Positions 44,895 to 55,256 are shown, numbered from the stretch's first letter. The stretch is 64,000 bases of DNA from an uncultured Clostridia bacterium (GCA_947630975.1 CANRJP010000001.1:18712-82711), one strand, 5' to 3'. The notes: generated by a model from the letters alone, not told the origin. Program-made: numbers and translations.

Positions 44895-45674
44895 ATGACC
44901 AACCATCCCGAACTGCCGCAGAATGTTCTGCCCCATGTCACATATATAGCCTGTCAAAAGCCCCGCGACAAGAGCTGGGTCCTTGACCGATGGCTGGATC
45001 ACTGGGCCATAATAATCGTTCACGAGGGCTCCATAAGCTGCGAGATAGACGGCGTGATAAACACCGTCAACAGCGGCGAGGTCTTTCTTATCGCGCCCGG
45101 AGTTTGGCGCAAGGCCTGGGTCAATTCCGACAGATTTATAATTTCCGCTCTGGACTTTCATGCGCCGCGCTCGACCTCGCCCACCAAAACGGCAATTTTC
45201 AAGCCCTCCAGCATGAACGCTTTGATGGATATTCTGCATAAAATGAACTATATATACATATCGCGTCCCACCGGCTTCCAGATGGATCTGGACGGAATGA
45301 TGGTGCTCTTCCTGTCCCATCTGTTCAACAAGAGCGAGCTGAAAAGCTCTCACCCGGCGGTGGAAAAGATGAAGCGCTACATAATCGAATACTATATGCA
45401 CCCCATCACCGCCCGTGAGCTGGCGAACCTTGTCAATCTTGACCCCGCCTACTGCGGCAAGCTGTTCAAGGCCGAACAGAACTGCTCCATACCCCAGTAT
45501 ATCAACAGAGTGCGCATAAAGGTGGCCTGCAACCTGCTGGATCAGAGCGGCTATTCGCTGGACGAGATCGCGTCCATGTGCGGCTTTTGCGACAAATTCC
45601 ACCTGGGTAAAAATTTCAAGGCGGTCATGGGCGTGTCGCCGAAGAACTACGCGCGGATGAAGGCCGCGGAGTGA
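44895..45674 (+). CDS. AraC-family transcriptional regulator (cupin + HTH)
   Basis: C-terminal AraC-type HTH pair (…ARELANLVNLDPAYCGKLFK…; …LDEIASMCGFCDKFHLGKNFKAVMGVSPKNYAR). Confidence 0.8.
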   Translation: MTNHPELPQNVLPHVTYIACQKPRDKSWVLDRWLDHWAIIIVHEGSISCEIDGVINTVNSGEVFLIAPGVWRKAWVNSDRFIISALDFHAPRSTSPTKTAIFKPSSMNALMDILHKMNYIYISRPTGFQMDLDGMMVLFLSHLFNKSELKSSHPAVEKMKRYIIEYYMHPITARELANLVNLDPAYCGKLFKAEQNCSIPQYINRVRIKVACNLLDQSGYSLDEIASMCGFCDKFHLGKNFKAVMGVSPKNYARMKAAE

Positions 45675-45676
45675 AA

Positions 45677-46216
45677 GCTGTATGTAGAAAAGTCGCGCAG
45701 ATCGTTCAAGGGTTGAATGACTTAATTTAAGGCAAATTTGAATGTTATGTAACCAATCATTAAAAATAAAATAATTGCATAATGTAGAAAATTCGCCCTT
45801 ACGAGCGAATTTTCTTATTTTTATGCCCTTGAACTACGAACGAAAATCACCCTCGGCGGCGTCGGGGCAAAGCCCGTCTATGCTCCGACATTTTTTCAAA
45901 AATGCCGTCGCACGAGGGCTTGCCCCTCCTTCTTCGCAAAAGGTCACGCGGCGCTCCGGCTATTCGGGCGGATAAGCCGCCCTCATTACGCCTGCGCTTG
46001 CTACCAACCTTTTGCGAGTTTTACGCCACCACTCCCCACAAACAACAAAGTTGTTTGTGGGGAAAAGGAGGAGCAGCCGAACGAGCCAAACGATGACTTT
46101 TTTGCAAAGCATAAAAAGTCGCCGCAAGCGAAGGGAGGCTTGCGACGACGCCGTTCTGCACGATTTTTTCGACCGACCCCGCGCTTCCAGGCTACAGAGT
46201 GAGTTTTTTTCTATCC
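45677..46216. repeat. MITE-like TIR element, copy 2 (~540 bp, inverted relative to copy 1)
   Basis: Both ends align with the reverse complement of copy 1. The longer, divergent middle contains the hairpin ccccacaaacaac-aaa-gttgtttgtgggg. Lies between the convergent araC-family and nth genes. Confidence 0.7.
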
Positions 46217-46229
46217 ATAATTAATTTTT

Positions 46230-46871
46230 TTAATTACCGTTCCCGGCCGTTTCGCATATTTCTCTGGCGGGGCAAATCTCGCACTTGGGACGTCGGGCGT
46301 CGCAGAGCTCCCGTCCATGGATAACCAGCCGGTGGCAGAAATCCGACTGCTTTTCCCTTGGGATCAGCGTTTCCACATCAAATTCCACCTTGGTCGGGTC
46401 GGTCTCCTTTGTAAGTCCCACCCGCTTGAGTATACGTTTGGCGTGAGTGTCTATGACCATGCCGCCCTTGTGGAACACGTCGCCCAAAATCAGATTGGCG
46501 GTTTTGCGCCCCACGCCCGGCAGACTGAGCAGATCCTCCATGGTGTCGGGCACCTTGCCGCCGTACACGTCAATAAGACGGCGGCAGCAGCCTATTATAT
46601 TTTTCGCCTTATTGTGATAAAAGCCCGTGGGTTTAATGTCCTGCTCCAGCTCACTCAGGTCGGCGCCGGCATAAGCGTAAACGTCGGGATATTTCGGAAA
46701 AAGCGTCCGTGTGACTATATTCACTCTGGCGTCGGTACACTGAGCCGCCAGTTGGACGGAAATCAGAAGCTGAAGAGGATCCTCACACTCCAGCGAGCAC
46801 ACCGCGTCGGGATAGGTCTCCTCCATAATTTTCACAAATTTGTCCGCAAGCTCCTGTCTTTTCATTTTCAA
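46230..46871 (-). CDS. nth: endonuclease III
   Basis: HhH-GPD motif (LPGVGRKTANLIL) and C-terminal [4Fe-4S] cluster CDARRPKCEICPAREIC. Confidence 0.9.
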   Translation of the reverse strand: MKMKRQELADKFVKIMEETYPDAVCSLECEDPLQLLISVQLAAQCTDARVNIVTRTLFPKYPDVYAYAGADLSELEQDIKPTGFYHNKAKNIIGCCRRLIDVYGGKVPDTMEDLLSLPGVGRKTANLILGDVFHKGGMVIDTHAKRILKRVGLTKETDPTKVEFDVETLIPREKQSDFCHRLVIHGRELCDARRPKCEICPAREICETAGNGN

Positions 46872-47049
46872 GGCCTCGATTCATTACTTATGATATGATT
46901 ATACGTCAAATTTTCAATATTGTCAATAGGTTTTCGGAAACATATTTGAACGCCGCGACAAATTTTTTCAAAAAATTCACGTAAAATACTTGTAAATAAC
47001 ATTAAAACCTATTATAATATTAGTGGAAGAATTTCAAGGAGGTAACAGG

Positions 47050-48288
47050 ATGTATAATATCGACAAAGTAAAGGCTTTTGACCCGGAAGTCGCCGCGGCC
47101 ATCGAGGCCGAGGTCAACCGCCAGCGCTCGAAAATCGAGCTCATAGCCAGCGAGAACTTCGTCAGCGAGGCGGTTATGGAAGCCATCGGTACCCCCCTCA
47201 CCAATAAATACGCCGAGGGCTACCCCGGCAAGCGTTATTACGGCGGCTGCGAGTTTGTTGACGTGGTGGAAAATCTGGCCATCGAACGCGCAAAGGAGCT
47301 TTTCGGCGCCGAAGCGGCCAACGTCCAGCCCCACAGCGGCGCCCAGGCCAACATGGCGGTGTTCTTCGCCTGTCTTGAGCCCGGCGACACCGTGCTGTCC
47401 ATGAGTCTTGCCCACGGCGGCCACCTCTCCCACGGCAGCCCCGTGAACATGAGCGGCAAGTATTTCAACATAGTTCCCTACGGCGTTACCGAGGACGCTC
47501 AGGTCATCGACTATGCCGAGGTTCGCCGTCTTGCGCTGGAGAGCAAGCCCAAGCTCATCCTCGCCGGAGCCTCCGCCTATCCCAGAGAGATAGATTTCGC
47601 CAAATTTGCGGAAATAGCCGAGGAGGTCGGCGCTTATTTCCTTGTCGATATGGCCCATATCGCGGGGCTTGTGGCGGCGGGGCTGCACCCAAATCCCGTG
47701 CCCTTCGCAGACTTCGTGACGACCACCACCCACAAGACCCTTCGTGGGCCGAGAGGCGGACTTATCCTTTGCAAGGAAAAGCACCTCAAAATGATAAACA
47801 AGGCTATCTTCCCAGGCATACAGGGCGGCCCCCTTATGCACACCATCGCCGCCAAGGCCGTTTGCCTGAAGGAGGCTCTGTCGCCCGAGTTCAGGGAATA
47901 TCAGCTCCAAATCAAGAAGAACGCTTCCGCTCTGGCCGCTGCCCTGACCGCAAAAGGGTTCGATCTCGTCAGCGGCGGCACCGACAACCACCTTATGCTG
48001 GTCGACCTTCGCAATAAGAACATTACCGGCAAGGAGGCCGAAAAGCTCCTCGACGAGGTGGGCATAACCGTAAATAAGAACGCCATTCCCTTTGATCCGC
48101 AAAGTCCCTTTATCACCAGCGGAATCCGCATAGGCACTCCCGCCGTCACCACAAGAGGTATGAAGGAAGCGGATATGGACGAGATAGCCGACCTCATATT
48201 CCTGACCCTCACCAATCCGGACGGCAGACGCGCCGAGGTAACGGCCCGGGTAGCCGCCCTTTGCGGCAAATATCCCCTCTATCAATAA
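47050..48288 (+). CDS. glyA: serine hydroxymethyltransferase
   Basis: Highly conserved SHMT sequence (…LIASENFVS…; PLP-lysine region …[13 protein letters not shown]…). Start at MYNIDK after RBS AAGGAGG. Confidence 0.95.
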   Translation: MYNIDKVKAFDPEVAAAIEAEVNRQRSKIELIASENFVSEAVMEAIGTPLTNKYAEGYPGKRYYGGCEFVDVVENLAIERAKELFGAEAANVQPHSGAQANMAVFFACLEPGDTVLSMSLAHGGHLSHGSPVNMSGKYFNIVPYGVTEDAQVIDYAEVRRLALESKPKLILAGASAYPREIDFAKFAEIAEEVGAYFLVDMAHIAGLVAAGLHPNPVPFADFVTTTTHKTLRGPRGGLILCKEKHLKMINKAIFPGIQGGPLMHTIAAKAVCLKEALSPEFREYQLQIKKNASALAAALTAKGFDLVSGGTDNHLMLVDLRNKNITGKEAEKLLDEVGITVNKNAIPFDPQSPFITSGIRIGTPAVTTRGMKEADMDEIADLIFLTLTNPDGRRAEVTARVAALCGKYPLYQ

Positions 48289-48369
48289 CGCGGGATAAGG
48301 ATTTGGGAATATTATTTCCCGGGGAATAATAAACTGGAACAAGCCTTCCATATATTAAATATAAAGGAG

Positions 48370-50679
48370 ATGGACGAGGTGCTTGAAATCGCGTCTGTGA
48401 TTTTGGCAGTTGTAGCCGTGCTTTTCGGTGTCTGCCTGACGATCTTTATCAAGAGCTACCAGAAATACACCAATGAGGACGAGGACGGCGAGCGGGAGGA
48501 ACGTTCGGAAAACCGCCGCAAAAAGCCGGCTGAAAGATCTGACGCCGACGTGAAGTCCGACAGGCCGAAACGGACGGAAGGCGCGGAAAAGGCCGAAAAG
48601 GCCGTTACAAAACGGCCCAAGGAGCCTGAAAAGCCCTCTGCCGGCGAGGCCGCGCGGCCCGAGACGGTCAAGAAGGACGCTCCCGCCGCCGGCCAACCTG
48701 TCAAAAATGAGGCTCAAACTCCTCTCCGTCCCGAAAAAGAAGAGGATATCCGGCCCGCACAGACGCCCGCGCCCAAGGATGACGAAACAGTCCGGGAGGA
48801 CATTTCCGACACGAGAGTTCCCTCTCCCGAGGAAATACAAAAGTTGAGGGACGCAGCCCAGATTCCCCCTTCCAAAAACACAAGCCGTTTCCGTCTCAGG
48901 GTTCCCGACGAGCCCGAGCCCGACGTTCCCGAATCGGAAGATGAGAACGCCGAAGGTACCGATTTCGCCAAATTCAAGCCCGCCATAATCGGCGGCGCCG
49001 CACTGGCGGCAGTTTTGATACTGGCCGTCATTGCGGTCGCTTTCACACACATGGCAAAAAAGCACGACGAGCCTCAACTCCCCGAAACCGTGGCCGTCAC
49101 CGTTCAGGATATTCAGCTTCAGGAAACTCTCGACGGTAAAATTTCCAGCCCCGACGTCATAACATCCATGTTTGCCGCAACCGGCAAGGTCACAGGACTC
49201 AAAGTCAAGGAAGGCGACTACGTCAGCAAGGGCAACACCATATATACCGTAGACAGCTCAAATCTCGAGGCCCGTATAGACTTGCTCGAGGAAAGGATAG
49301 CCGCTCTTTCCTCATCCTCAAGCTCCTCTGCACGCACCGAAACCACCCGCGCAAACATCACCGCTTCCACCGGAGGCACCGTTACATCTCTTAACGTGTC
49401 CGGCGGCGACACCGTCAGCGCCGGCGACATAGTGGCGGAGATAACCGTTCCCGCCACAAATCAGGTTACGGTTACGCTTAAAAACCGCATTTCCGTGGGT
49501 CAGAGCGTCAGTGTGTACAGCAACGGCTCTACCACCCAGGGAACCGTCCGCTCGGTAACTCAAGTAAGTCCCGCTCCGGCCGCGCCCGAAGATGAGGAAA
49601 GCTCCTCGGAAGATACGGACAGTCCCGCCGACAATTCGGATAACGACAAGAGCGCCGACAGTAACGGCGGCGCCGAAACCGATACCCAAACCGGCGCACA
49701 GCCGGACAGCCAGACCGGGTCACAGACCGGCGCCTCGACCGACACTCAAACCGACAACGACGGCACAGGCGGATCCGGCCAAAATACCGGCGATACCGCC
49801 CAGCCTCTTTGGAGCGCGGTCATAAACTTTTCCTCCAGCACGGCCGCGGGCTCCACAGCCACCGTCGCCGTCAACGGCGAGCGGGTGTCCGGCAGCGTCA
49901 CCAGGGGAAGAACCTCCGTCATATCCGTTGCCGCCACCTCCGGCGGCAAGATAACCTTCCGTGTAAGCGAGGGCGACCGGGTAAACTCCGGCAGCATAAT
50001 CGCAACCGTCGAAAATCAGCGTCAGGTGGCCGGTTCCTCTTCCGACGGCGGCTCCAATAGCTTTGAGGCCAGGGAGGCCAGGCTGGAGCTTGAGCAGTTG
50101 GAGACCGAGCTGGAGAACTACACCGTCAAGGCCACCGTGGACGGCTATGTACAGAAGCTCTTCCTCAAGGAAGGCGACACCGCCGCCGTGGGCATGAACG
50201 CTGTGACGGTCATTCCGGCCTCCGGTCTCATGCTCACCGTGGAGATGAGCGCCTCCCTCGCCGCCGAGCTTGAAACGCCTCTTGCCGCCACCTACAGACT
50301 GATAAGGAGCAGCAATTTTGACAGCTCAGTCTGGGAAAAGCTGAACACTTCCACCAATCAGATCGCCTCTATCGAAAATATAGTTCCGTCCGAAAGCGAT
50401 CCCGACAAATATATCGGCTATATAACTCTGGACGACCCTTCTCTTTACCGTGACGGCATGATGGCAGACGTCACAATAGTGTCCTACTACGCTCCTCACG
50501 CCATTACAATTCCCCAAGAGCTGGTGAAGGACGGCAAGGTCAAAATTCTCCGCGAAGGGGGTCAGACCACCGATGTGCCGGTCACGACCGGAGCGGTGAC
50601 AAAGGACGGCTACATCGAAATAACCGACGGTCTGTCCTCATCCGACAGAGTCGTCACGGAACAGGGGGCCGCTCAGTAA
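48370..50679 (+). CDS. HlyD-family membrane-fusion/efflux adaptor protein with long charged N-terminal extension
   Basis: TM1 at the N-terminus, a ~200-aa K/E/P-rich disordered segment, then TM2. Followed by an HlyD-like coiled-coil (LEARIDLLEERIAAL) and barrel-sandwich motifs (YVQKLFLKEGDTAAVGMNAVTVIP). Confidence 0.55.
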   Translation: MDEVLEIASVILAVVAVLFGVCLTIFIKSYQKYTNEDEDGEREERSENRRKKPAERSDADVKSDRPKRTEGAEKAEKAVTKRPKEPEKPSAGEAARPETVKKDAPAAGQPVKNEAQTPLRPEKEEDIRPAQTPAPKDDETVREDISDTRVPSPEEIQKLRDAAQIPPSKNTSRFRLRVPDEPEPDVPESEDENAEGTDFAKFKPAIIGGAALAAVLILAVIAVAFTHMAKKHDEPQLPETVAVTVQDIQLQETLDGKISSPDVITSMFAATGKVTGLKVKEGDYVSKGNTIYTVDSSNLEARIDLLEERIAALSSSSSSSARTETTRANITASTGGTVTSLNVSGGDTVSAGDIVAEITVPATNQVTVTLKNRISVGQSVSVYSNGSTTQGTVRSVTQVSPAPAAPEDEESSSEDTDSPADNSDNDKSADSNGGAETDTQTGAQPDSQTGSQTGASTDTQTDNDGTGGSGQNTGDTAQPLWSAVINFSSSTAAGSTATVAVNGERVSGSVTRGRTSVISVAATSGGKITFRVSEGDRVNSGSIIATVENQRQVAGSSSDGGSNSFEAREARLELEQLETELENYTVKATVDGYVQKLFLKEGDTAAVGMNAVTVIPASGLMLTVEMSASLAAELETPLAATYRLIRSSNFDSSVWEKLNTSTNQIASIENIVPSESDPDKYIGYITLDDPSLYRDGMMADVTIVSYYAPHAITIPQELVKDGKVKILREGGQTTDVPVTTGAVTKDGYIEITDGLSSSDRVVTEQGAAQ

Positions 50680-51173
50680 TGGTTCAGCGCCGCGACAAGC
50701 ACAACTATTATCTGGATATAGCCGAGTCCGTAATCGAGCGGGGCACCTGCCTGCGGCGGAACTACGGCTCTATAATCGTAAACAACGACGAGATAATCTC
50801 CACCGGTTATACCGGCGCCCCACGGGGCCGCAAAAACTGCACCGATCTGGGTTTCTGCCGGCGGGAGCAGCTTCAAATTCCGCGCGGTCAGCGCTACGAG
50901 CTGTGCCGCAGCGTCCACAGCGAGGCCAACGCCATAATCAGCGCCCCCCGACGGGACATGATAGGGGCGACCCTCTATCTGGCCGGACGGGACTGCAAGA
51001 CCGGCGAGCTGGTGCCCGACGCTTCGAGCTGCGCCATGTGCAAGCGCATGATAATCAACGCCGGCATAGCCAAGGTCGTCGTCAGAAATACCCGTGACGA
51101 GTACACAGTCATCGACGTGCAGCGGGACTGGATAGACAACGACGACAGCCTCGGCGACATGATGGGATATTAA
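50679..51173 (+). CDS. dCMP deaminase (ComEB-like)
   Basis: Zinc-binding HSEANAI and C..C (CAMCKRMIINAGIAKVVV) motifs. TAATG overlap with the upstream gene. Confidence 0.8.
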   Translation: MVQRRDKHNYYLDIAESVIERGTCLRRNYGSIIVNNDEIISTGYTGAPRGRKNCTDLGFCRREQLQIPRGQRYELCRSVHSEANAIISAPRRDMIGATLYLAGRDCKTGELVPDASSCAMCKRMIINAGIAKVVVRNTRDEYTVIDVQRDWIDNDDSLGDMMGY

Positions 51174-51174
51174 A

Positions 51175-51209
51175 AGACGAACCCCTCGGTTTCGCCGAGG
51201 GGTTCGTCT
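51175..51209. terminator. bidirectional rho-independent terminator
   Basis: agacgaacccctcgg-tttcg-ccgaggggttcgtct, flanked by aaaa and tttt. Sits between convergent genes. Confidence 0.6.
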
Positions 51210-51210
51210 T

Positions 51211-51744
51211 TTAATTGTACAGCAGACTGTACACCCTTTTATACCATTTGACCTTGTTCACATACTTTTTTGTCTCGCCGAAGGGGATTTCCTTCATGTC
51301 CCCGTCGGCGGACAGCCATTTGTCCACATTGCCCTCGCCGGCGTTGTACGCCGCCGTGGCCCTGCGCTGGTCGCCGTCGTACTTCCGGAGAAGATAGCGC
51401 AGGTAAACGGCGGCAAGGCCGATGCTTTTTTCCGCGTCGAAGGCGTCGCCGAAGCCGTACTCCTCGCCGGCCATCTCGGCGGCGTATTGGGCCGTCGCGT
51501 CGGTGAGCTGGGCCAGTCCCTTGGCCCCGGCGCGGCTGACGGCGGCGGGGTCAAAGTTGCTTTCGGCCTTTAGCACCGCGTAGATGAGCGAGCTCTCCAC
51601 CCCGTAGCGTATGGCGCAGTCCTCCACGGTGTCCCGGTAAGGGGCGGGGAAAAAGCCGTAAAGCAGGGCGGTGCAGAGGGCGGCGATGAGGCCGGCGCAG
51701 ATCAGGGACAGCAGCCGTTTATTATATTTCTTTTCCATAAACAC
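51211..51744 (-). CDS. lytic transglycosylase (SLT domain) with N-terminal TM anchor
   Basis: …VLKAESNFDPAAVSRAGAKGLAQLTDATAQYAA… is the SLT catalytic E-S motif. Confidence 0.75.
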   Translation of the reverse strand: MFMEKKYNKRLLSLICAGLIAALCTALLYGFFPAPYRDTVEDCAIRYGVESSLIYAVLKAESNFDPAAVSRAGAKGLAQLTDATAQYAAEMAGEEYGFGDAFDAEKSIGLAAVYLRYLLRKYDGDQRRATAAYNAGEGNVDKWLSADGDMKEIPFGETKKYVNKVKWYKRVYSLLYN

Positions 51745-52312
51745 CTCTTATTTGACCCAGCGCCGTATTCAAATTGCGCTCCAGCATATCTGTACCGGCG
51801 CTGTTGTCAACATCTATCCAACCGTCCGAATGGTTCGTCTGGGCTGAAATTCGCCTTTCGGCTTCATCCTCGGTCAGGCCGTCCCTTTCCATTATGCGGC
51901 GCTTGCGCAGCTCCGCCGGAGCGGTTATCCGCAGTACGGCGGCGCAGTGTTCCGTCAGGCCGCACTCTTTCAGCACGGCGCCGTCGATGACGACGGGGCC
52001 GTCGGCCTCCGCCGCCTCCCGCAGCACGGTCTCCCTTATGGCCGGATGAGTGATGGCGTTGAGCCGCCGCAGCTTTTCCGGGTCTGAAAACACGATATTC
52101 CCCAGTGCCCGGCGGTTTAAGCTGCCGTCAGGCTCTATCACGCCGCCGCCGAAGGCTTTTTTTATTTCTTCCAATATCTCCGGTCTTGCGGCTACCTCGT
52201 GGCCAACCTCGTCCCCGTCTATAACGTGGAAGCCCTTATTTTTCAATATTGACGCCGCAAGAGATTTTCCGGCCCCGGTCAGGCCGGTGAGTCCGATAGT
52301 AATCGCAGACAT
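51722..52312 (-). CDS. coaE: dephospho-CoA kinase
   Basis: P-loop IGLTGLTGAGKS at the N-terminus, CoaE-like throughout. Start taken at MSAITIG. Confidence 0.85.
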   Translation of the reverse strand: MSAITIGLTGLTGAGKSLAASILKNKGFHVIDGDEVGHEVAARPEILEEIKKAFGGGVIEPDGSLNRRALGNIVFSDPEKLRRLNAITHPAIRETVLREAAEADGPVVIDGAVLKECGLTEHCAAVLRITAPAELRKRRIMERDGLTEDEAERRISAQTNHSDGWIDVDNSAGTDMLERNLNTALGQIRGVYGKEI

Positions 52313-52334
52313 AAACGCATCACGTCCTGTTATG

Positions 52335-54836
52335 TTATTTTGCCTCGTACCAGCTATGGCCGCTCTTGACCTCGGCCACAAGGGGAACGTTCAGCTTCGC
52401 GGCGTTCTCCATTTCCCGCCGAAGCACCTGACCGGCCCTCTCCGCCTCGTCATATGGGGCCTCGATGATCAGCTCGTCGTGTATCTGTAAAATCAGCCGT
52501 GAGTTGGGACACTCGTCCTTCAAAGCCTTATAGACCTTTACCATGGCGATTTTGATAATGTCCGCCGCGCTGCCCTGAATGGGGGTGTTCATTGCCACCC
52601 GCTCGCCGAAGGAGCGGAGGTTGAAGTTGCGGGCCTTCAGCTCCGGCACATAGCGGCGGCGTCCGAAAATCGTGGACACATAGCCCTTTTCTCTGGCCTC
52701 GGCGATGGTTTTATCCATGTAGGCCCTGACCCCGCTGTATTTTTCAAAATAGCTGTCGATGTAGCGCTTGGCCTCCTTGCGGCTTATTTTCAGCTCGCCT
52801 GCAAGGGAAAACTCGCTCTGGCCGTAGATTATGCCGAAGTTCACCGTCTTGGCCCGGGAGCGCATCTCCGGCGTGACGCAGAAGTCCGGCACTCCAAAGA
52901 CCTGCATGGCCGTCATGGTGTGTATATCCTCGTTTTCACGGAAAGCACGGCACATATTTTCGTCTCCTGAAATGTGGGCCAGAACCCGCAGCTCTATCTG
53001 GCTGTAGTCCGCGTCCACAAGCACATGGCCCTCCTTGGCGACGAACATTTTTCTTATCTCGCGGCCCAGCTCGGTGCGGACGGGAATGTTCTGGAGGTTG
53101 GGCTCGGTGGAGCTGATGCGTCCGGTGGCGGTGACGGTCTGGTTAAGGCTGGAGTGAACCCGGCTTTCCCCGTCCACAAGGGGCAGCAGGGCGTCGGTGT
53201 AGGTGCTCTTGAGCTTGGCCGCGTGGCGGTACTCCATGATGTAGTCTATTATCTCGTGGCGGCCCCGAAGCTTTTCCATGACGGCGCTGTCGGTGCTGTA
53301 GCCCCGCTTGCTTTTCTTCACCACCGGCAGCATGAGCTTCTCGAACAGCACCTCGCCAAGCTGCTTGGGAGAATTTATGTTGAACTCTTCCCCCGCCATG
53401 AAGTATATGGCCTGCTCCAGCTCGGCAATGCGCACTCCCAGCACCTGCCCGAAGGCGGCAAGCTGATCCGTGTCTATTTTGCAGCCCTCTTCCTCCATGG
53501 AAAAAAGCACTTCCTCAAGGGGCAGCTCTATTTCGTCAAGCAAGCTCAACTGTCCTCTGGCCTCTATCTCTCTCAGCTGCGCTTCCATGACCGCCTTAAG
53601 GGCCGAAGGGCCGAAAGGCTTTCCCTCGCGGCGGCAAAGCTCCCGCAGGTCGTAGTCCGACTGCTGGGGGTCAAGAATGTACTCGCCTATCTCGGTGTCA
53701 TAGTACGGCCCGTTCAGGGCGGCGCCCTCCTTTGCCAAGGCGTGGCGGGCGGCCTTCCACCGGTGGGTTATCTTTTTGCCGCCGCTTTCGAGGGCGGCTT
53801 TCATTTTTTCAGCGGGGGCGGAATATGTCTCGCCGCCAAGGTCGAAAAGTATTTCGCTTCCGTCCGTCAGAAAAGCCAGCTCACCGGCTTGGGCGGCGGC
53901 CCTAATCTCATCCTCCCCGGCCTTGTTTATCTCGGCCTTCTGTTCGGGGATTTCTTCATCGGGGGCGGAGGGAATGTTCATGCGCTCGGCTATCCGTTTC
54001 AGTTCAAGCTGCTCCAGCTTCTTTGTCAGGGCCGGGCCGTCATAGGGACGGATCGCCGCCGCCTCGACGGTGAAGTCGATGGGAACGTCCCGCTTTATTT
54101 TACACAGCTCATAGCAGAAATAGGCCATTTCCTTACCGTCCAGCAGCTTCTGCCGCTGTCCCTTTTTTATGGAGGGATCGTCTATATTTTCGTATATGCC
54201 GTCCAGGGAGTGGAAGCTTTTTATCAGTTCAACGGCGGACTTTTCTCCGATACCGGCCACGCCGGGTATGTTGTCGCTCTGGTCGCCCATCAGGGCTTTG
54301 ACCGCGATAAACTCCTCGGGAGTGACGCCGTATTTTTCAATCACGGCCCTGTCGTCGTAATCCTCGGTGGTCGTTCGGCCATAGCCGGTAGTGGTCAGCA
54401 GCACGTGAGTTTCGGGGCCGGCAAGCTGAAGATCGTCACGGTCGCCGGTGGCAATTCCGCACCACACTCCGCTGTCGAGACAGATCTTGCTGACGGTGCC
54501 GATTATGTCGTCGGCCTCATAGCCCTCCATGGAGAGCTGAAGAATATTCATGGCGGAAAGCAGCTCCTTGAGGTGGGGCATCTGGGCGGCCAGATCGTCG
54601 GGCATTCCCTTTCGCTGGGCCTTGTAGTCCTTGTACATCTTGTGGCGGAAGGTGGGGGCCTTGAGGTCAAAAGCCACGCAGAGGCAGTCTGGCCCGTAGT
54701 CCTCCTTAAGCTTCAGCAGTATGTTCATAAAGCCCAAAATACCGTTGGTGGGTATGCCGTCGGCGGTGGACAGGGGACGTATGCCGTAATAGGCACGGTT
54801 GACTATGCTGTTGCCGTCTATGATTATAAGCTTCAT
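52335..54836 (-). CDS. polA: DNA polymerase I
   Basis: 5'-3' exonuclease N-terminus (MKLIIIDGNSIVNRAYYG), Klenow-like polymerase motifs (…DYSQIELRVLAHIS…, …QIHDELIIEAP…). Start taken at MKLIII. Confidence 0.95.
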   Translation of the reverse strand: MKLIIIDGNSIVNRAYYGIRPLSTADGIPTNGILGFMNILLKLKEDYGPDCLCVAFDLKAPTFRHKMYKDYKAQRKGMPDDLAAQMPHLKELLSAMNILQLSMEGYEADDIIGTVSKICLDSGVWCGIATGDRDDLQLAGPETHVLLTTTGYGRTTTEDYDDRAVIEKYGVTPEEFIAVKALMGDQSDNIPGVAGIGEKSAVELIKSFHSLDGIYENIDDPSIKKGQRQKLLDGKEMAYFCYELCKIKRDVPIDFTVEAAAIRPYDGPALTKKLEQLELKRIAERMNIPSAPDEEIPEQKAEINKAGEDEIRAAAQAGELAFLTDGSEILFDLGGETYSAPAEKMKAALESGGKKITHRWKAARHALAKEGAALNGPYYDTEIGEYILDPQQSDYDLRELCRREGKPFGPSALKAVMEAQLREIEARGQLSLLDEIELPLEEVLFSMEEEGCKIDTDQLAAFGQVLGVRIAELEQAIYFMAGEEFNINSPKQLGEVLFEKLMLPVVKKSKRGYSTDSAVMEKLRGRHEIIDYIMEYRHAAKLKSTYTDALLPLVDGESRVHSSLNQTVTATGRISSTEPNLQNIPVRTELGREIRKMFVAKEGHVLVDADYSQIELRVLAHISGDENMCRAFRENEDIHTMTAMQVFGVPDFCVTPEMRSRAKTVNFGIIYGQSEFSLAGELKISRKEAKRYIDSYFEKYSGVRAYMDKTIAEAREKGYVSTIFGRRRYVPELKARNFNLRSFGERVAMNTPIQGSAADIIKIAMVKVYKALKDECPNSRLILQIHDELIIEAPYDEAERAGQVLRREMENAAKLNVPLVAEVKSGHSWYEAK

Positions 54837-54960
54837 ATTACTCACTCTCCTCGTACGTAAACGCTGCTCCTTTGACACTGCAATAAATTTATTATACTCT
54901 ATCAAAATAAAAATTTCAATATATTTTTTATTAATTTAGGGTAACGGCGGCAGTTTTTTA

Positions 54961-55026
54961 CACCTTCAAAAAAGTTCAAAAAAATTCAAAAAAGGTATTG
55001 ACAAACGGGATTTTTTATGGTATCAT
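54961..55026 (+). promoter_or_regulatory. tRNA operon promoter with phased A-tract UP element
   Basis: A6-gttc-A7-ttc-A6 tracts at 54966-54994. TTGACA (54998-55003)-17-TATCAT (55021-55026), located 24 bp before tRNA-Thr. Confidence 0.5.
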
Positions 55027-55050
55027 ACTTAATGTTCGGGGTCAAAGCCT

Positions 55051-55126
55051 GCCGGCGTAGCTCAGTTGGTAGAGCAGCTGATTTGTAATCAGCAGGTCGT
55101 AGGTTCGAGTCCTATTGCCGGCTCCA
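55051..55126 (+). tRNA. tRNA-Thr (anticodon TGT)
   Basis: Cloverleaf: acceptor gccggcg/tgccggc, D-arm gctcagttggtagagc, anticodon stem gctga/tcagc with loop ttTGTaa, T-arm gtaggttcgagtcctat, and encoded CCA. Confidence 0.85.
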
Positions 55127-55144
55127 CTTTACTTAACTTAATAT

Positions 55145-55229
55145 GGAGGAGTTCCCGAGCGGCCAAAGGGGGCAGACTGTAAATCTGTTGTCACTGACTT
55201 CGGTGGTCCGAATCCACCCTCCTCCACCA
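55145..55229 (+). tRNA. tRNA-Tyr (anticodon GTA), class II with long variable arm
   Basis: Acceptor ggaggag/ctcctcc, anticodon loop ctGTAaa, long variable arm tgtcactgacttcggtggt, T-arm ggtgg-tccgaat-ccacc, and encoded CCA. Confidence 0.85.
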
Positions 55230-55230
55230 C

Positions 55231-55256
55231 AAAAGCGCCAGTCATGGCGCTTTTGT
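55231..55256 (+). terminator. rho-independent terminator after the tRNA genes
   Basis: aaaagcgcc-agtcat-ggcgctttt followed by gttatt. Confidence 0.55.

Noticed and set aside
44835-45602. 255-aa minus-strand ORF
   Set aside because: Antisense to the AraC-family regulator, which has a clear HTH signature on the + strand.
45775-46224. Three overlapping + strand ORFs (66, 64 and 70 aa)
   Set aside because: All inside MITE copy 2. No RBS, non-protein-like composition.
52974-54860. 628-aa + strand ORF
   Set aside because: Antisense to polA.
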